Program-made: the position numbers and the translations under genes
Notes under the pieces: model-generated
The model's database searches: none
Told to the model about the DNA's origin: nothing
Seen by the model: only the letters and a program-made list of their open reading frames with translations
NCBI GenBank assembly: GCA_039679545.1
Contig: JBDKUT010000002.1
Span: 1 to 37,358, forward strand
DNA length: 37,358 nucleotides
Reading direction: 5' to 3'
Source of the DNA: Thermotogota bacterium
GTDB lineage: Bacteria; Bipolaricaulota; Bipolaricaulia; UBA7950; UBA9294
In this document: piece by piece, positions 25,041 through 33,856 of the stretch
Position numbering within the stretch: position 1 is the stretch's first letter
Layout: each line of letters opens with the position of its first letter

Positions 25041-28000
25041 ATGACAACGACGTGCCGGCGCGTCCTCGCGCTTGTGGGGCTGATGGTGGGGCTGTCGACG
25101 CTTGCGGCCATGGCGCTGCCTGGGTTCTCGGACCAGAACATCGCGGCCGGGAACCTGAACCCGACGGACACGATCCTGGTTCAGCAGATCCGGATCACGC
25201 GCGGGGCGAGCGAGACCGTGACCCTGTCGTCGATTACGGTGCAGAACCTGGGAACTGCCGGCGACGGCGACATCGACAAGATCACGGTGATGGACAGCGG
25301 AGACGTGCTCGGCGAGACGACGGCGATCTCCGGCCTCGCGAGCGGGATCACCGTGAATCTCGGCGGGTTCAACATGACGTCGACGACCCACTACCTGAAG
25401 ATCTACGTGACCGTCGGGACGGCCGTGGACGGCGGTGAGACCGTGAACCTTCGCGCCCGCGTCCACTATGTCTCGAATGGGTCGTCGTACACGTCGTCGT
25501 GGATCTCCGACCTGACGGGCGAGACGATCCGCGACGGCGGATTCGACGAGATCGAGGATGCGTCCCCCGATGCCGGGTACATGAACCCTGGCGATGCCGA
25601 CGTGGTCCAGACGACCGTGTTCACCGACATCGACGCGAACGGGAAGCCGGTCGAGTGGCAGGGCGTCGCGACCGATACTCCAATCATCCTCGTCGAGAAC
25701 CTCGGGACCGCCGTCAAGGCGACGGACATCGCGCAAGTACGTGTCACCGTGACGATCGGTGGAGTCGAGTATCGGTGGGATGGCGTTGACGGAGGGCCCG
25801 TGCGCGACGAGTGGGGAACGTGGAACCCCGCAAGTCCGCAGACCTTCACGTACGGCAGGTTCTTCGACGTGGCGACCGGGCTGGTCGCGCTTCCTGCGAG
25901 CGTTGCCGACAACGGAGTCTTGACGGTCACGGTGTCGATGCGCATCACGGCCTCGACAGGGACGACGCCCGTCGACGGCCGAACCATCCGCACGAAGACG
26001 ACGATCAAGGTGCAGGAGCAGGGCCAGGATTCGACGGAGGCCGCCGTCCGCTACGACCAGTCAAGCTCATCCGAGACGACGCAGACCATCCGGAAGCAGG
26101 GGTTTGAGAAGATCGTAGACGAGAGCCAGAGCTTGGGATCCGGCACGGCGGCGACCGGCGACATCGTCGTGCAAGCCGTGCGCGCCACGGATCAGGACCG
26201 GAATGGGGACGCCGTGCGCGCCTACCGCATCTACATCCGCAACACGGGATCAGCGGAGGGGGCTGAGATCAACAAGATCGAGGTCAAAGCGGGCGCGACA
26301 ACCCTGTGGACCCTCAACAACAGCGCGGCGCCGCACAACCTCCTTCCGAACTTCAAGACCGGCGCGTGGTATGACTTCACCCTCCCGACCGGGACGCCGT
26401 GGTTCGACGTGACCGACGACCACGAGCAGGTCTTCAAGGTCTACTACACGATCGGGACCCCGGTGGACGGGCATACGCTGAAGCCCGCGGTGCGCCTCGA
26501 AGGTAAGGAGCCCACGGGCGGGCAGACGTACTCGAGCGACGAAGTGGTCTATCCGGACACGGTCGCTCTGTACTTGCCCGGGTTCGAGTTCGTCGAGAAC
26601 CAGACGCCTCCCGAGGGTGGTGTGGCCTACTCCGGCCAGCGGCTCCTCGCGCAGACGATCCGTGTCGAGGACCTGGATGAGGACGACGACAGCGTGACGG
26701 TCAACCCGATTGTCGCGAAGAACATCGGTACGGCAACGAGCGGCGACGTCACGAAGGTGGAGGTCTGGCGACGGAACAGCCTGACGGCGACCGCCGTCAA
26801 GCTTGGCGAGACGACGGACCTCTCGGGCTTCCGCACAGGCGGGGCGCGAGTCGAACTGACGCACGACAACGTCGTTACCGACGCAGCGGGCGGCGCCGAG
26901 GCGTACCTCGACATCTACCTCACGATTGCCGAGCCGGAGGCGATGACCGCGGCGCGGACGATCCAGCTCGAGACGCGAGTTCTCCACACCGAGAACCTCC
27001 AGAGCTTCGACAAAATGGCCGTCAGCAACCAGTGGACGCTCGAGACAAACCACCGACCGGTGGTCACGATCACCGTGGCTGTCGCGGCGACAGCGTCGGT
27101 GCTGGCGAAGGCGGACTTCACTTACGCGCAGACGATCCAGTTCACCGGCGCGGCGACGGACTCGGACGGCGATGCGATTTCGGCGTGGCACTGGGACTTC
27201 GGCGACGGCAACACGTCCGACATCCAGAACCCGACGCATCGATACCCGAACGGCGGTACGTTCACTGCCACCCTGACGGTGACGGATGCGCGCGGGGTGA
27301 CCGGCACCGCGACGAAGACGATCACGGTGGAGGGTCCACCGAACGTGGCGCCGACCGTCGCTTTCACGTGGACTCCGGCGGCACCGGCCTCGGGCGCGAC
27401 GGTGACGTTCACATCGACCGTCACCGACCCGGATCAGCCGACAGGCACGGCGTTCACCTACGCGTGGAACTTCGGCGACGCGGCCACGAGCACCGTGGCG
27501 AATCCGACGCACGCCTTCGCGGCGAACCAGTCGTACACGGTGACCCTGACGGTGACCGACGCGCAGAGCGGTACGGGGACGGTGACACACACCGTGGCGG
27601 TCGGAAACACCGCCCCGGTTGTGACGACACCGACGGCGAGCCCAACCTCGCCGACGACCGGCGACACGGTGACGTTCACCGCGACGGCGACCGACGCGGA
27701 TGACGAAGACGAGATTGACTTCTTCACCTGGGACTTCGGCGACGGGACGGTTCAAACGGGCTCGGGAACCGTGACTCATACGTACGCCGCCCCGGACACG
27801 TACACAGTGACGGTCACGGCGACGGACACCCGCGACGCCGTGAGCGCGGAGAAGACAGTCGACATTACGGTTTCGGGACCGGACAAGGTTGTCGTGATTG
27901 CGTACCCGAACCCGGCATCGACACAGGCGACGATCCAGTACGTCCTGCCCGACGGCGCGACGGGTCCAATTCTCCATGTGTACCAACTGGACGGAAAGCT

Positions 28001-28169
28001 CGTGTTCGAGACGGACCTGACTGAAGGCGCTTCGACCTACGTCTGGGACCTCATAGGGGACAACGACGAGGTCGTGGCGAACGGCCTCTACTTCTGCGTG
28101 GTGACGGCGACCGACGAGGACGGGAAGACGATCCGCTCGGAGACCTTCCGCCTGCTGGTCTCCCGGTAA
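25041..28169 (+). CDS. Large secreted surface protein: 4 uncharacterised repeats, 3 PKD domains and a T9SS type A-like/FlgD-Ig C-terminal domain
   Basis: Signal peptide after an AGGAGG SD; PKD motifs WHWDFGDG, AWNFGD and TWDFGDG; C-terminus IAYPNPA...LHVYQLDGKLV...VWD...VANGLYF. Confidence 0.82.
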   Translation: MTTTCRRVLALVGLMVGLSTLAAMALPGFSDQNIAAGNLNPTDTILVQQIRITRGASETVTLSSITVQNLGTAGDGDIDKITVMDSGDVLGETTAISGLASGITVNLGGFNMTSTTHYLKIYVTVGTAVDGGETVNLRARVHYVSNGSSYTSSWISDLTGETIRDGGFDEIEDASPDAGYMNPGDADVVQTTVFTDIDANGKPVEWQGVATDTPIILVENLGTAVKATDIAQVRVTVTIGGVEYRWDGVDGGPVRDEWGTWNPASPQTFTYGRFFDVATGLVALPASVADNGVLTVTVSMRITASTGTTPVDGRTIRTKTTIKVQEQGQDSTEAAVRYDQSSSSETTQTIRKQGFEKIVDESQSLGSGTAATGDIVVQAVRATDQDRNGDAVRAYRIYIRNTGSAEGAEINKIEVKAGATTLWTLNNSAAPHNLLPNFKTGAWYDFTLPTGTPWFDVTDDHEQVFKVYYTIGTPVDGHTLKPAVRLEGKEPTGGQTYSSDEVVYPDTVALYLPGFEFVENQTPPEGGVAYSGQRLLAQTIRVEDLDEDDDSVTVNPIVAKNIGTATSGDVTKVEVWRRNSLTATAVKLGETTDLSGFRTGGARVELTHDNVVTDAAGGAEAYLDIYLTIAEPEAMTAARTIQLETRVLHTENLQSFDKMAVSNQWTLETNHRPVVTITVAVAATASVLAKADFTYAQTIQFTGAATDSDGDAISAWHWDFGDGNTSDIQNPTHRYPNGGTFTATLTVTDARGVTGTATKTITVEGPPNVAPTVAFTWTPAAPASGATVTFTSTVTDPDQPTGTAFTYAWNFGDAATSTVANPTHAFAANQSYTVTLTVTDAQSGTGTVTHTVAVGNTAPVVTTPTASPTSPTTGDTVTFTATATDADDEDEIDFFTWDFGDGTVQTGSGTVTHTYAAPDTYTVTVTATDTRDAVSAEKTVDITVSGPDKVVVIAYPNPASTQATIQYVLPDGATGPILHVYQLDGKLVFETDLTEGASTYVWDLIGDNDEVVANGLYFCVVTATDEDGKTIRSETFRLLVSR

Positions 28170-28182
28170 GGGGGGAACGACG

Positions 28183-29136
28183 GTGACAAAGACAAGACTG
28201 TTTATCTTGGTGGCCCTCCTCTGTGCGGGGTGGGGGCTTGGGGCTGCGGCGGCAACGGCGACGACCGTGCTCGACATCGCTCCCGGCGTGGGCGTGATCG
28301 GTGCGGGCGGAGCGGGGATCTCGCTCATCAGCAGCGCGGAGACGCTGTACTACAACCCGGCGGGGCTTGCCTCGCTGCCAGGGATCAGCTTCACCTCGTT
28401 CTTTTCTTCCTACCTGGGTGAAGCGAACTACTCGGCGCTTGCGCTCACGTTCCGGAACTTCGGAGTCGGCGCCCTGCTCCTGAATTCGGGGAGCATTCAA
28501 GGGTACGACGACGAAGGACAGCCGACGGAGCTCCTCGGGTACTCAAGCTCGGCGTACATCTTCGCGTTCGGGATCGACCCGAGCGACCTGCCGTTCTTGC
28601 CGGATCTCCCCATGGCGATGGCGATCGGCGCCCAGCTGAAGGCGATCACGGCGAAGATTGGTGACGTCGGCGGCTCGGGGTTCACGCTCGACCTCGGGTT
28701 CCGAATGGGGCTTACGGTCGCCGGGTTCGGCCCGGTCTCGCTGTCGGACGTCGCGATCGGCATCACGGCCGTCAACCTCTTCGGCGCGATGTCGTACGGC
28801 GACATTTCGGACGACCTTGCCATGGACCTGCGGATCGGCGCCTCGGCGCGTCTCATGGACACGATCACCGTCGCCGGGGACCTGTACTTGGCGGGAGCGG
28901 CTCGATTCGGCGTCTCGTACTCACCGGTGCCGACGCTGGCGCTTCGCCTCGGCGTGATGAGCGGGGCAGGGACGTCGTTCACGGCCGGCCTCGGCGTCAA
29001 CGTGCAGGGGTTTCTCGTCGACTATGCGTACGTGGGGCACACGCTCGGCGGGTCGCATCGCGTGTCGTTGACGCTCGACTTCTCGGCGCTCGACATCGGC
29101 GCGTTCGGTCGCTCGCTGCGGCGGTTCCTCCCGTGA
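28183..29136 (+). CDS. PorV/PorQ-family (FadL-like) outer-membrane beta-barrel
   Basis: Signal peptide; LDIAPG...GAGGAG and LYYNPAGLA hallmarks; alternating beta-strand pattern; FLVDYAY...SHRVSLTLDF. Confidence 0.75.
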   Translation: MTKTRLFILVALLCAGWGLGAAAATATTVLDIAPGVGVIGAGGAGISLISSAETLYYNPAGLASLPGISFTSFFSSYLGEANYSALALTFRNFGVGALLLNSGSIQGYDDEGQPTELLGYSSSAYIFAFGIDPSDLPFLPDLPMAMAIGAQLKAITAKIGDVGGSGFTLDLGFRMGLTVAGFGPVSLSDVAIGITAVNLFGAMSYGDISDDLAMDLRIGASARLMDTITVAGDLYLAGAARFGVSYSPVPTLALRLGVMSGAGTSFTAGLGVNVQGFLVDYAYVGHTLGGSHRVSLTLDFSALDIGAFGRSLRRFLP

Positions 29137-29173
29137 CCTGAGCGCGCGCGAGGATCTCATCGGGCAAGCTTGA

Positions 29174-29204
29174 GAGGGGCACACGGTGCCCCTCGTTTCT
29201 TTGT
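29174..29204 (+). terminator. Intrinsic terminator after the CTD-protein/PorV-like operon
   Basis: GAGGGGCAC-ACG-GTGCCCCTC followed by GTTTCTTTGT. Confidence 0.8.
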
Positions 29205-29231
29205 GGAGAGCAGCCCCGCTCGGGCCGCCAG

Positions 29232-30446
29232 CTAAGCGGGGGTGACGTTCCACTCGCGGGCAAGACCGGACAGGCGATCCGCAGCGACCGCGGCGCGGAC
29301 GTCGTCGAGGAGCTTCACCAGAAACCGCAGGTTGTGGATCGTCGCGAGGCGGTAGTACGAAAGCTCCCCCGCCCGGCACAAGTGCTGCAAGTAGCCGCGG
29401 GAGTGGCTCCGACAGGTAGGGCAGTCGCACGTCGGGTCGATCGGTTGGTCGTCGGCTCGGAATGCGGCGTTGCGCAGGTTGATGCGATGGCGCGGCGCTC
29501 CCTTCAGGAACACGGCGCCGTTGCGGGCCATCCGTGTCGGCGCGGCGCAGTCGAACGTGTCGATGCCGCGCTCCACGCACGCAAAGATGTCCTCGATCTC
29601 TCCGATGCCGAGCAGGTGGCGCGGTCGGTCCGCGGGAAGTCGCGGGACGGTCCAGTCGAGGACGTGGGCCATGTCGTCCTTCGATCGGCCGAGGGACCCT
29701 CCGACGGCGAAGCCGTCGAATCGCATCTCTCCGATGACGCGAGCGCTCTCACGGCGCAAGTCTTCGTACGCGCCTCCCTGGACGATCCCGAAGAGTGCTT
29801 GGCTCGAGTTCGGGAAGGTCGGGTCGTCGGCCAGCTGTTGAAACGCGGCGATCGCGCGCCGCGCCCATCGGTGTGTGCGCTCCATCGCGTCGCGGGTGTA
29901 GGCATAGTCGTGGAGCGGCGAGGTGCACTCGTCGAGCGGGAGAATGATGTCCGCCCCGAGCTTTCGCTCGATCGTCATCACGGACTCAGGGGTGAAGAGG
30001 TGGGAGGAGCCGTCGAGGATTGATCGGAACGCCGCGCCCTCCTCACTGAGCCGCACGAGCCGCCCGCCGCCGCTCCGGCGCGGCGCCTCGGGATCGTCGC
30101 CGGGAAACACGGAGGCGACCTTTCCGACTCCGTGCTCTTTCCCGGCGCCGAGACTGAACACCTGGAACCCTCCCGAGTCGGTCATCGTCGGGCCGCGCCA
30201 GCCGGAGAAGGCGTGGAGTCCGCCGAGTTGAGCGACGACGTCCTCGCCGGGGCGGAGGTGCAGGTGGTAGGCGTTCGAGATGACAATCTCGAGTCCGAGT
30301 TCGGTCAGGATTTCAGGCTCTACCGCCTTGATCGACGCTCGCGTAGCGACGCCGACGAACGCCGGGGTGCGGACGACGCCGTGGGGCGTCGCAAGCTCGC
30401 CGGTTCGCGCCAAGGAATGAGAAGAGCGATGTAGCTCTCGGAACAT
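29232..30446 (-). CDS. tgt: tRNA-guanine(34) transglycosylase
   Basis: TDSGGFQVFSL, LDEC, GIVQGG, DTFDC..PTRMARNG and the Zn site CDCPTC...HN. Confidence 0.95.
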   Translation of the reverse strand: MFRELHRSSHSLARTGELATPHGVVRTPAFVGVATRASIKAVEPEILTELGLEIVISNAYHLHLRPGEDVVAQLGGLHAFSGWRGPTMTDSGGFQVFSLGAGKEHGVGKVASVFPGDDPEAPRRSGGGRLVRLSEEGAAFRSILDGSSHLFTPESVMTIERKLGADIILPLDECTSPLHDYAYTRDAMERTHRWARRAIAAFQQLADDPTFPNSSQALFGIVQGGAYEDLRRESARVIGEMRFDGFAVGGSLGRSKDDMAHVLDWTVPRLPADRPRHLLGIGEIEDIFACVERGIDTFDCAAPTRMARNGAVFLKGAPRHRINLRNAAFRADDQPIDPTCDCPTCRSHSRGYLQHLCRAGELSYYRLATIHNLRFLVKLLDDVRAAVAADRLSGLAREWNVTPA

Positions 30447-30671
30447 GGATATCGATCCTAACGCTGGAAAACTCTACCGGATCACGCTCGGTGAGGCCAG
30501 CCCCGCGCCGCTCCCACAAACGCAGAACAGCCTTCACTGTTAGAGATGAGCCGAGAAGCCTCAGCGAGCCGCCGACCCTTGGAGGCCCGCGAGACGAGGA
30601 AGCCTGGGATGCAGGACGTTGGGGATGATGTGAGCGCCCGTGCCGGCGTTTTCTGAGATCAAGCTTGTCTC

Positions 30672-31697
30672 TTAGTAAGCGTACGAGACGCCGAGGACGC
30701 GGTACAGGGCGCGGTAGTCGTTGGACGGCTCCCAGAACAGGTACCCGTCGGCGCCGTAGTCCTTGGCCGCGCGAATCTCGGCGGCGATGTAGGCATCGAT
30801 CGTCATGCCGGCCGGGATGGCCATGTCGAACACCTGAAGGAACGGACGGATCGCCGTTGACGTGCGCTTCTTCCCCGAAACCATGGCGTCCTTGACGACC
30901 AGGTACGGGCCGTCTTTGTACTTCTGCTCGGTGTAGTGCGACGGGTAGAGCATCGGGGACACGTAGTCGACGTGCGCCGACATGTCTTCGAGCGACTGGC
31001 CGATCGGGTCGGTGCGACGGGCGTTCCAGTCCCACATTACGCGGCCGAAAAGGTCGACGGAGAGCGTGATCTTGTTCCCGATGCTGGCTTCAACCTTGGC
31101 CAGGAACGAGTCGATGGCCGTGTAGCGGGCCTCATACCCCGACGCCAACCCGCCCCCGTCGGCGTACCGAATGTAGTCGAACTGGAGTTCGTCAAACCCG
31201 AGGGTTGCGACCTCCTCGGCGATGGCGAGGTTGTAGGCGATCGCGGTCGGGTCCGCGGCGGGGACCCACCCGTTGGAGTAGCCGAGGTGCTTAGCAAGGA
31301 TCGGGTCGTTGAAGACAACCTGGCGTGCGATGAGGTAGAACCCCTGTCCGCGAAGGATCGGGATGAGCTTCCTAAAGTCGAGGAGTCCGGTCGACGCGCC
31401 GAGCGCCCTCGCGAGGGGCACGCTGCTCGCGTAGGAGACGTCTCCGTGGTTGTCTTTGACGTTGATGACCAGCGTGTCGATCTTCCCCGCTTTGCGGGCC
31501 TCGAGGACGCCGCGCAAGATGTCCTCACGGAGCAGCCCATAGGCCGTCAGGTAGACGCCGACGCGCCCGTGTCCGGTCAGGCGGGGCGCTGCCGCAGATG
31601 GGGTCTGCGATGTGGCACCACGATCCGTGGGAAGGAAGAAGAGGGAGACGAATGCGGCCGCGAGGAAGAGGCAGAGAGTAGTTTTCCGGCGTCCCAT
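30672..31697 (-). CDS. Putative glycoside hydrolase (DUF4015-like TIM barrel), exported
   Basis: Signal/TM segment; TLVINVKDNHG, YLIARQVVFND, GFDELQFDYIRY, SPMLYPSHY and IRPFLQ motifs. Confidence 0.78.
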   Translation of the reverse strand: MGRRKTTLCLFLAAAFVSLFFLPTDRGATSQTPSAAAPRLTGHGRVGVYLTAYGLLREDILRGVLEARKAGKIDTLVINVKDNHGDVSYASSVPLARALGASTGLLDFRKLIPILRGQGFYLIARQVVFNDPILAKHLGYSNGWVPAADPTAIAYNLAIAEEVATLGFDELQFDYIRYADGGGLASGYEARYTAIDSFLAKVEASIGNKITLSVDLFGRVMWDWNARRTDPIGQSLEDMSAHVDYVSPMLYPSHYTEQKYKDGPYLVVKDAMVSGKKRTSTAIRPFLQVFDMAIPAGMTIDAYIAAEIRAAKDYGADGYLFWEPSNDYRALYRVLGVSYAY

Positions 31698-31870
31698 GCG
31701 TCGACTCTACGCCCGGGGCCGGCGGGCGGCTGTCGCGCCGGTTCAGGCGAAAAGGGACGTCGGGCACGTCGCGCCTTCGCGAGCATCCTTCACAAGATCG
31801 CCACGCCTTGCTCACGACCACGACAACGCGATGATGGAGACTCGGTCTCGATTATCCGCTCGGATCGCGA

Positions 31871-31899
31871 TTGTTGGGGTCTCGGGGCATCGCTATAAT
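31871..31899 (+). promoter_or_regulatory. Promoter for the beta-helix/DUF192-HAD unit
   Basis: TTGTTG-N17-TATAAT. Confidence 0.6.
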
Positions 31900-31959
31900 G
31901 CGAAGCAGAATCTCTTGGAATCCGGGTGGGGACAGAGGAACGAAAAGGAGCTTGAGGTC

Positions 31960-33855
31960 ATGAAGCGGTTGCTTGTCTTTCTCTTGATCGTGGGGGCATC
32001 CCTGGCGGTGTCCGTGGCCGCGCTCGGGGGACCTCGAGGCGCGATTGCGATTCTCGGGGACGCGGAGTTCACGGCGGACAACGGGGTCGTGTCCGGAAGC
32101 GGGACCGAGGCTGATCCGTACGTCATCACGGGCTGGGAGATTTCCGCCGACGGCGCAAAGTACGCGGTGAAGATCGAGAACGTCACGGCTCACTTCGTTC
32201 TTCGTGGGTTGATCATCCAGAGCGCGGTGGCGGCGGACGGCGCGGCGATCCGGATCGCGTTCTCCTCGGCCGGCCGAATCGAGCAGTGCGCGATCTCGAA
32301 CTCAATGAACGGGATTGAGATCATCTCGTCCCGAGGCGTCGTCGTGACAGGCTGCGTCCTCTACGTGAACGGCATCGGCCTGCGGGTCATCGGGGAAGAG
32401 GCCGCCGAGTACCACCATGACATCGACCGCAGCAACATGGTGAACAACCGTCCGATTTTCTACATCTGCGGTGCCGATGGGGCGACGATTGAAGGCGAGG
32501 CCGCGGCGCACATCACTGTGGCCGACAGCCGGAACGTCGTCATTTCGGGGAATGACCTCATGAACGGCGACGGAATCCAGCTTGCGTTTGTGACCGACTC
32601 GGTCGTTTCCAAGAACGCGGTGTACCGAACGACCCCGGTCCTTACCGAGCACGGAATCTTCCTCTTCCAGTCCGATCGCAACACGCTGCAGGGGAACTCG
32701 CTGCGCAACAACCGGCTCGCGGGCATCCAGTTGACGACCTCGTCGGACAACCAACTTCTCGACAACCAGTGCCTCGCGAACGACACGGGTGTGCGCCTCA
32801 TCGCTTCGGATGGGAACCACGTGTCCGGCAACATTGTCTTTGCGAACGCCAACGGGATGATCGTCTCCGGTGGTTCGGACGGAAACGAAGTCTCCGGCAA
32901 CATCCTCTACCACAAGAATACGAAGCAGGGGATCACGCTCGAACTGGCTTCGGCCAATCGAGTGGTTCGAAACGGGCTGGCGGACTGCGAGATCGGCATC
33001 TTCGTGTCCGCTCAGGCGACGGGGAACGAGATCGTTGCGAACACGATCGTGGCGGGGGGGTATGGGATTGCGCTCTCCGGAAGCGAGAACCGAATCGAAG
33101 GCAACCTGATCGCTCAGCAGTCGCGGGGACTCCTCTTTCCCGAGACGTACAAGCGATCGACGGCGGTCGGGAACGATATCGTGAACAACGTCTTCACGGA
33201 CAACGGGAACCACATCTACGTGAACCTCGACTCGACGGCCAACCGCTTTGCGCGAAACGTGTTCCTCGGCGTCACTGCGGCAAGCGTCCTCGACTACGGC
33301 ACGGGAAACGTCTGGACGATCGACAGCGTGGGCAACTTCTGGCAGGGGACGCCGGTCATCGACGCAGACGCAAACGGCATCGGCGAATCTGCGGTGACCG
33401 TCTACCCGTCGACGGCCCAAGATACCGCTCCGCTCGCTTCGGTCGACGCAGCCGCGGCTGGGTTTGGGGTTGCCGGGGCGATGGGCTCCGACACCGTGAC
33501 GATCGCCCGCGGGGACGGCTCCAGTGTGGACATCCCCGTACGCGTTGCGGCCGACAGCGTCGAGGATTGGACCGGCTTCCGAGGGTTCCCGGCCGCGTAC
33601 GTTGAGGCGTTCTCGGGGATTCTCTTCCCGTTCGACACCGAGGCCGAGCGCCGGTTCACGATGTCGACGGTGCTCTTCGACCTCGAGATCGCGTTCTTCG
33701 CGGCCGACGGAACGTTTGTGGGCGCTATGCGGATGGCGGCGAACTCCAGCGACTTCTACGCGCCGAGCGTTCCATTCCAATACGCGCTCGAGCTTCCGGT
33801 CGGGTCAATTGAAGGCCTTCGGATTGCGGCCGGATCGACGCTCGTGGTGCCGTAG
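31960..33855 (+). CDS. Secreted beta-helix (NosD-like) protein with a C-terminal DUF192 domain
   Basis: Signal peptide; many G-I-x-L...N-x-(I/V)-x-x-N repeats; GNFW; C-terminus GILFPF...FTM..VLFDLEIAFF..DG...YALELPVG. Confidence 0.8.
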   Translation: MKRLLVFLLIVGASLAVSVAALGGPRGAIAILGDAEFTADNGVVSGSGTEADPYVITGWEISADGAKYAVKIENVTAHFVLRGLIIQSAVAADGAAIRIAFSSAGRIEQCAISNSMNGIEIISSRGVVVTGCVLYVNGIGLRVIGEEAAEYHHDIDRSNMVNNRPIFYICGADGATIEGEAAAHITVADSRNVVISGNDLMNGDGIQLAFVTDSVVSKNAVYRTTPVLTEHGIFLFQSDRNTLQGNSLRNNRLAGIQLTTSSDNQLLDNQCLANDTGVRLIASDGNHVSGNIVFANANGMIVSGGSDGNEVSGNILYHKNTKQGITLELASANRVVRNGLADCEIGIFVSAQATGNEIVANTIVAGGYGIALSGSENRIEGNLIAQQSRGLLFPETYKRSTAVGNDIVNNVFTDNGNHIYVNLDSTANRFARNVFLGVTAASVLDYGTGNVWTIDSVGNFWQGTPVIDADANGIGESAVTVYPSTAQDTAPLASVDAAAAGFGVAGAMGSDTVTIARGDGSSVDIPVRVAADSVEDWTGFRGFPAAYVEAFSGILFPFDTEAERRFTMSTVLFDLEIAFFAADGTFVGAMRMAANSSDFYAPSVPFQYALELPVGSIEGLRIAAGSTLVVP

Positions 33856-33856
33856 C

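Noticed and set aside
30461..30671. preQ1 riboswitch or other ncRNA upstream of tgt
   Set aside because: No preQ1 aptamer pattern or convincing structure, and tgt appears to be leaderless.
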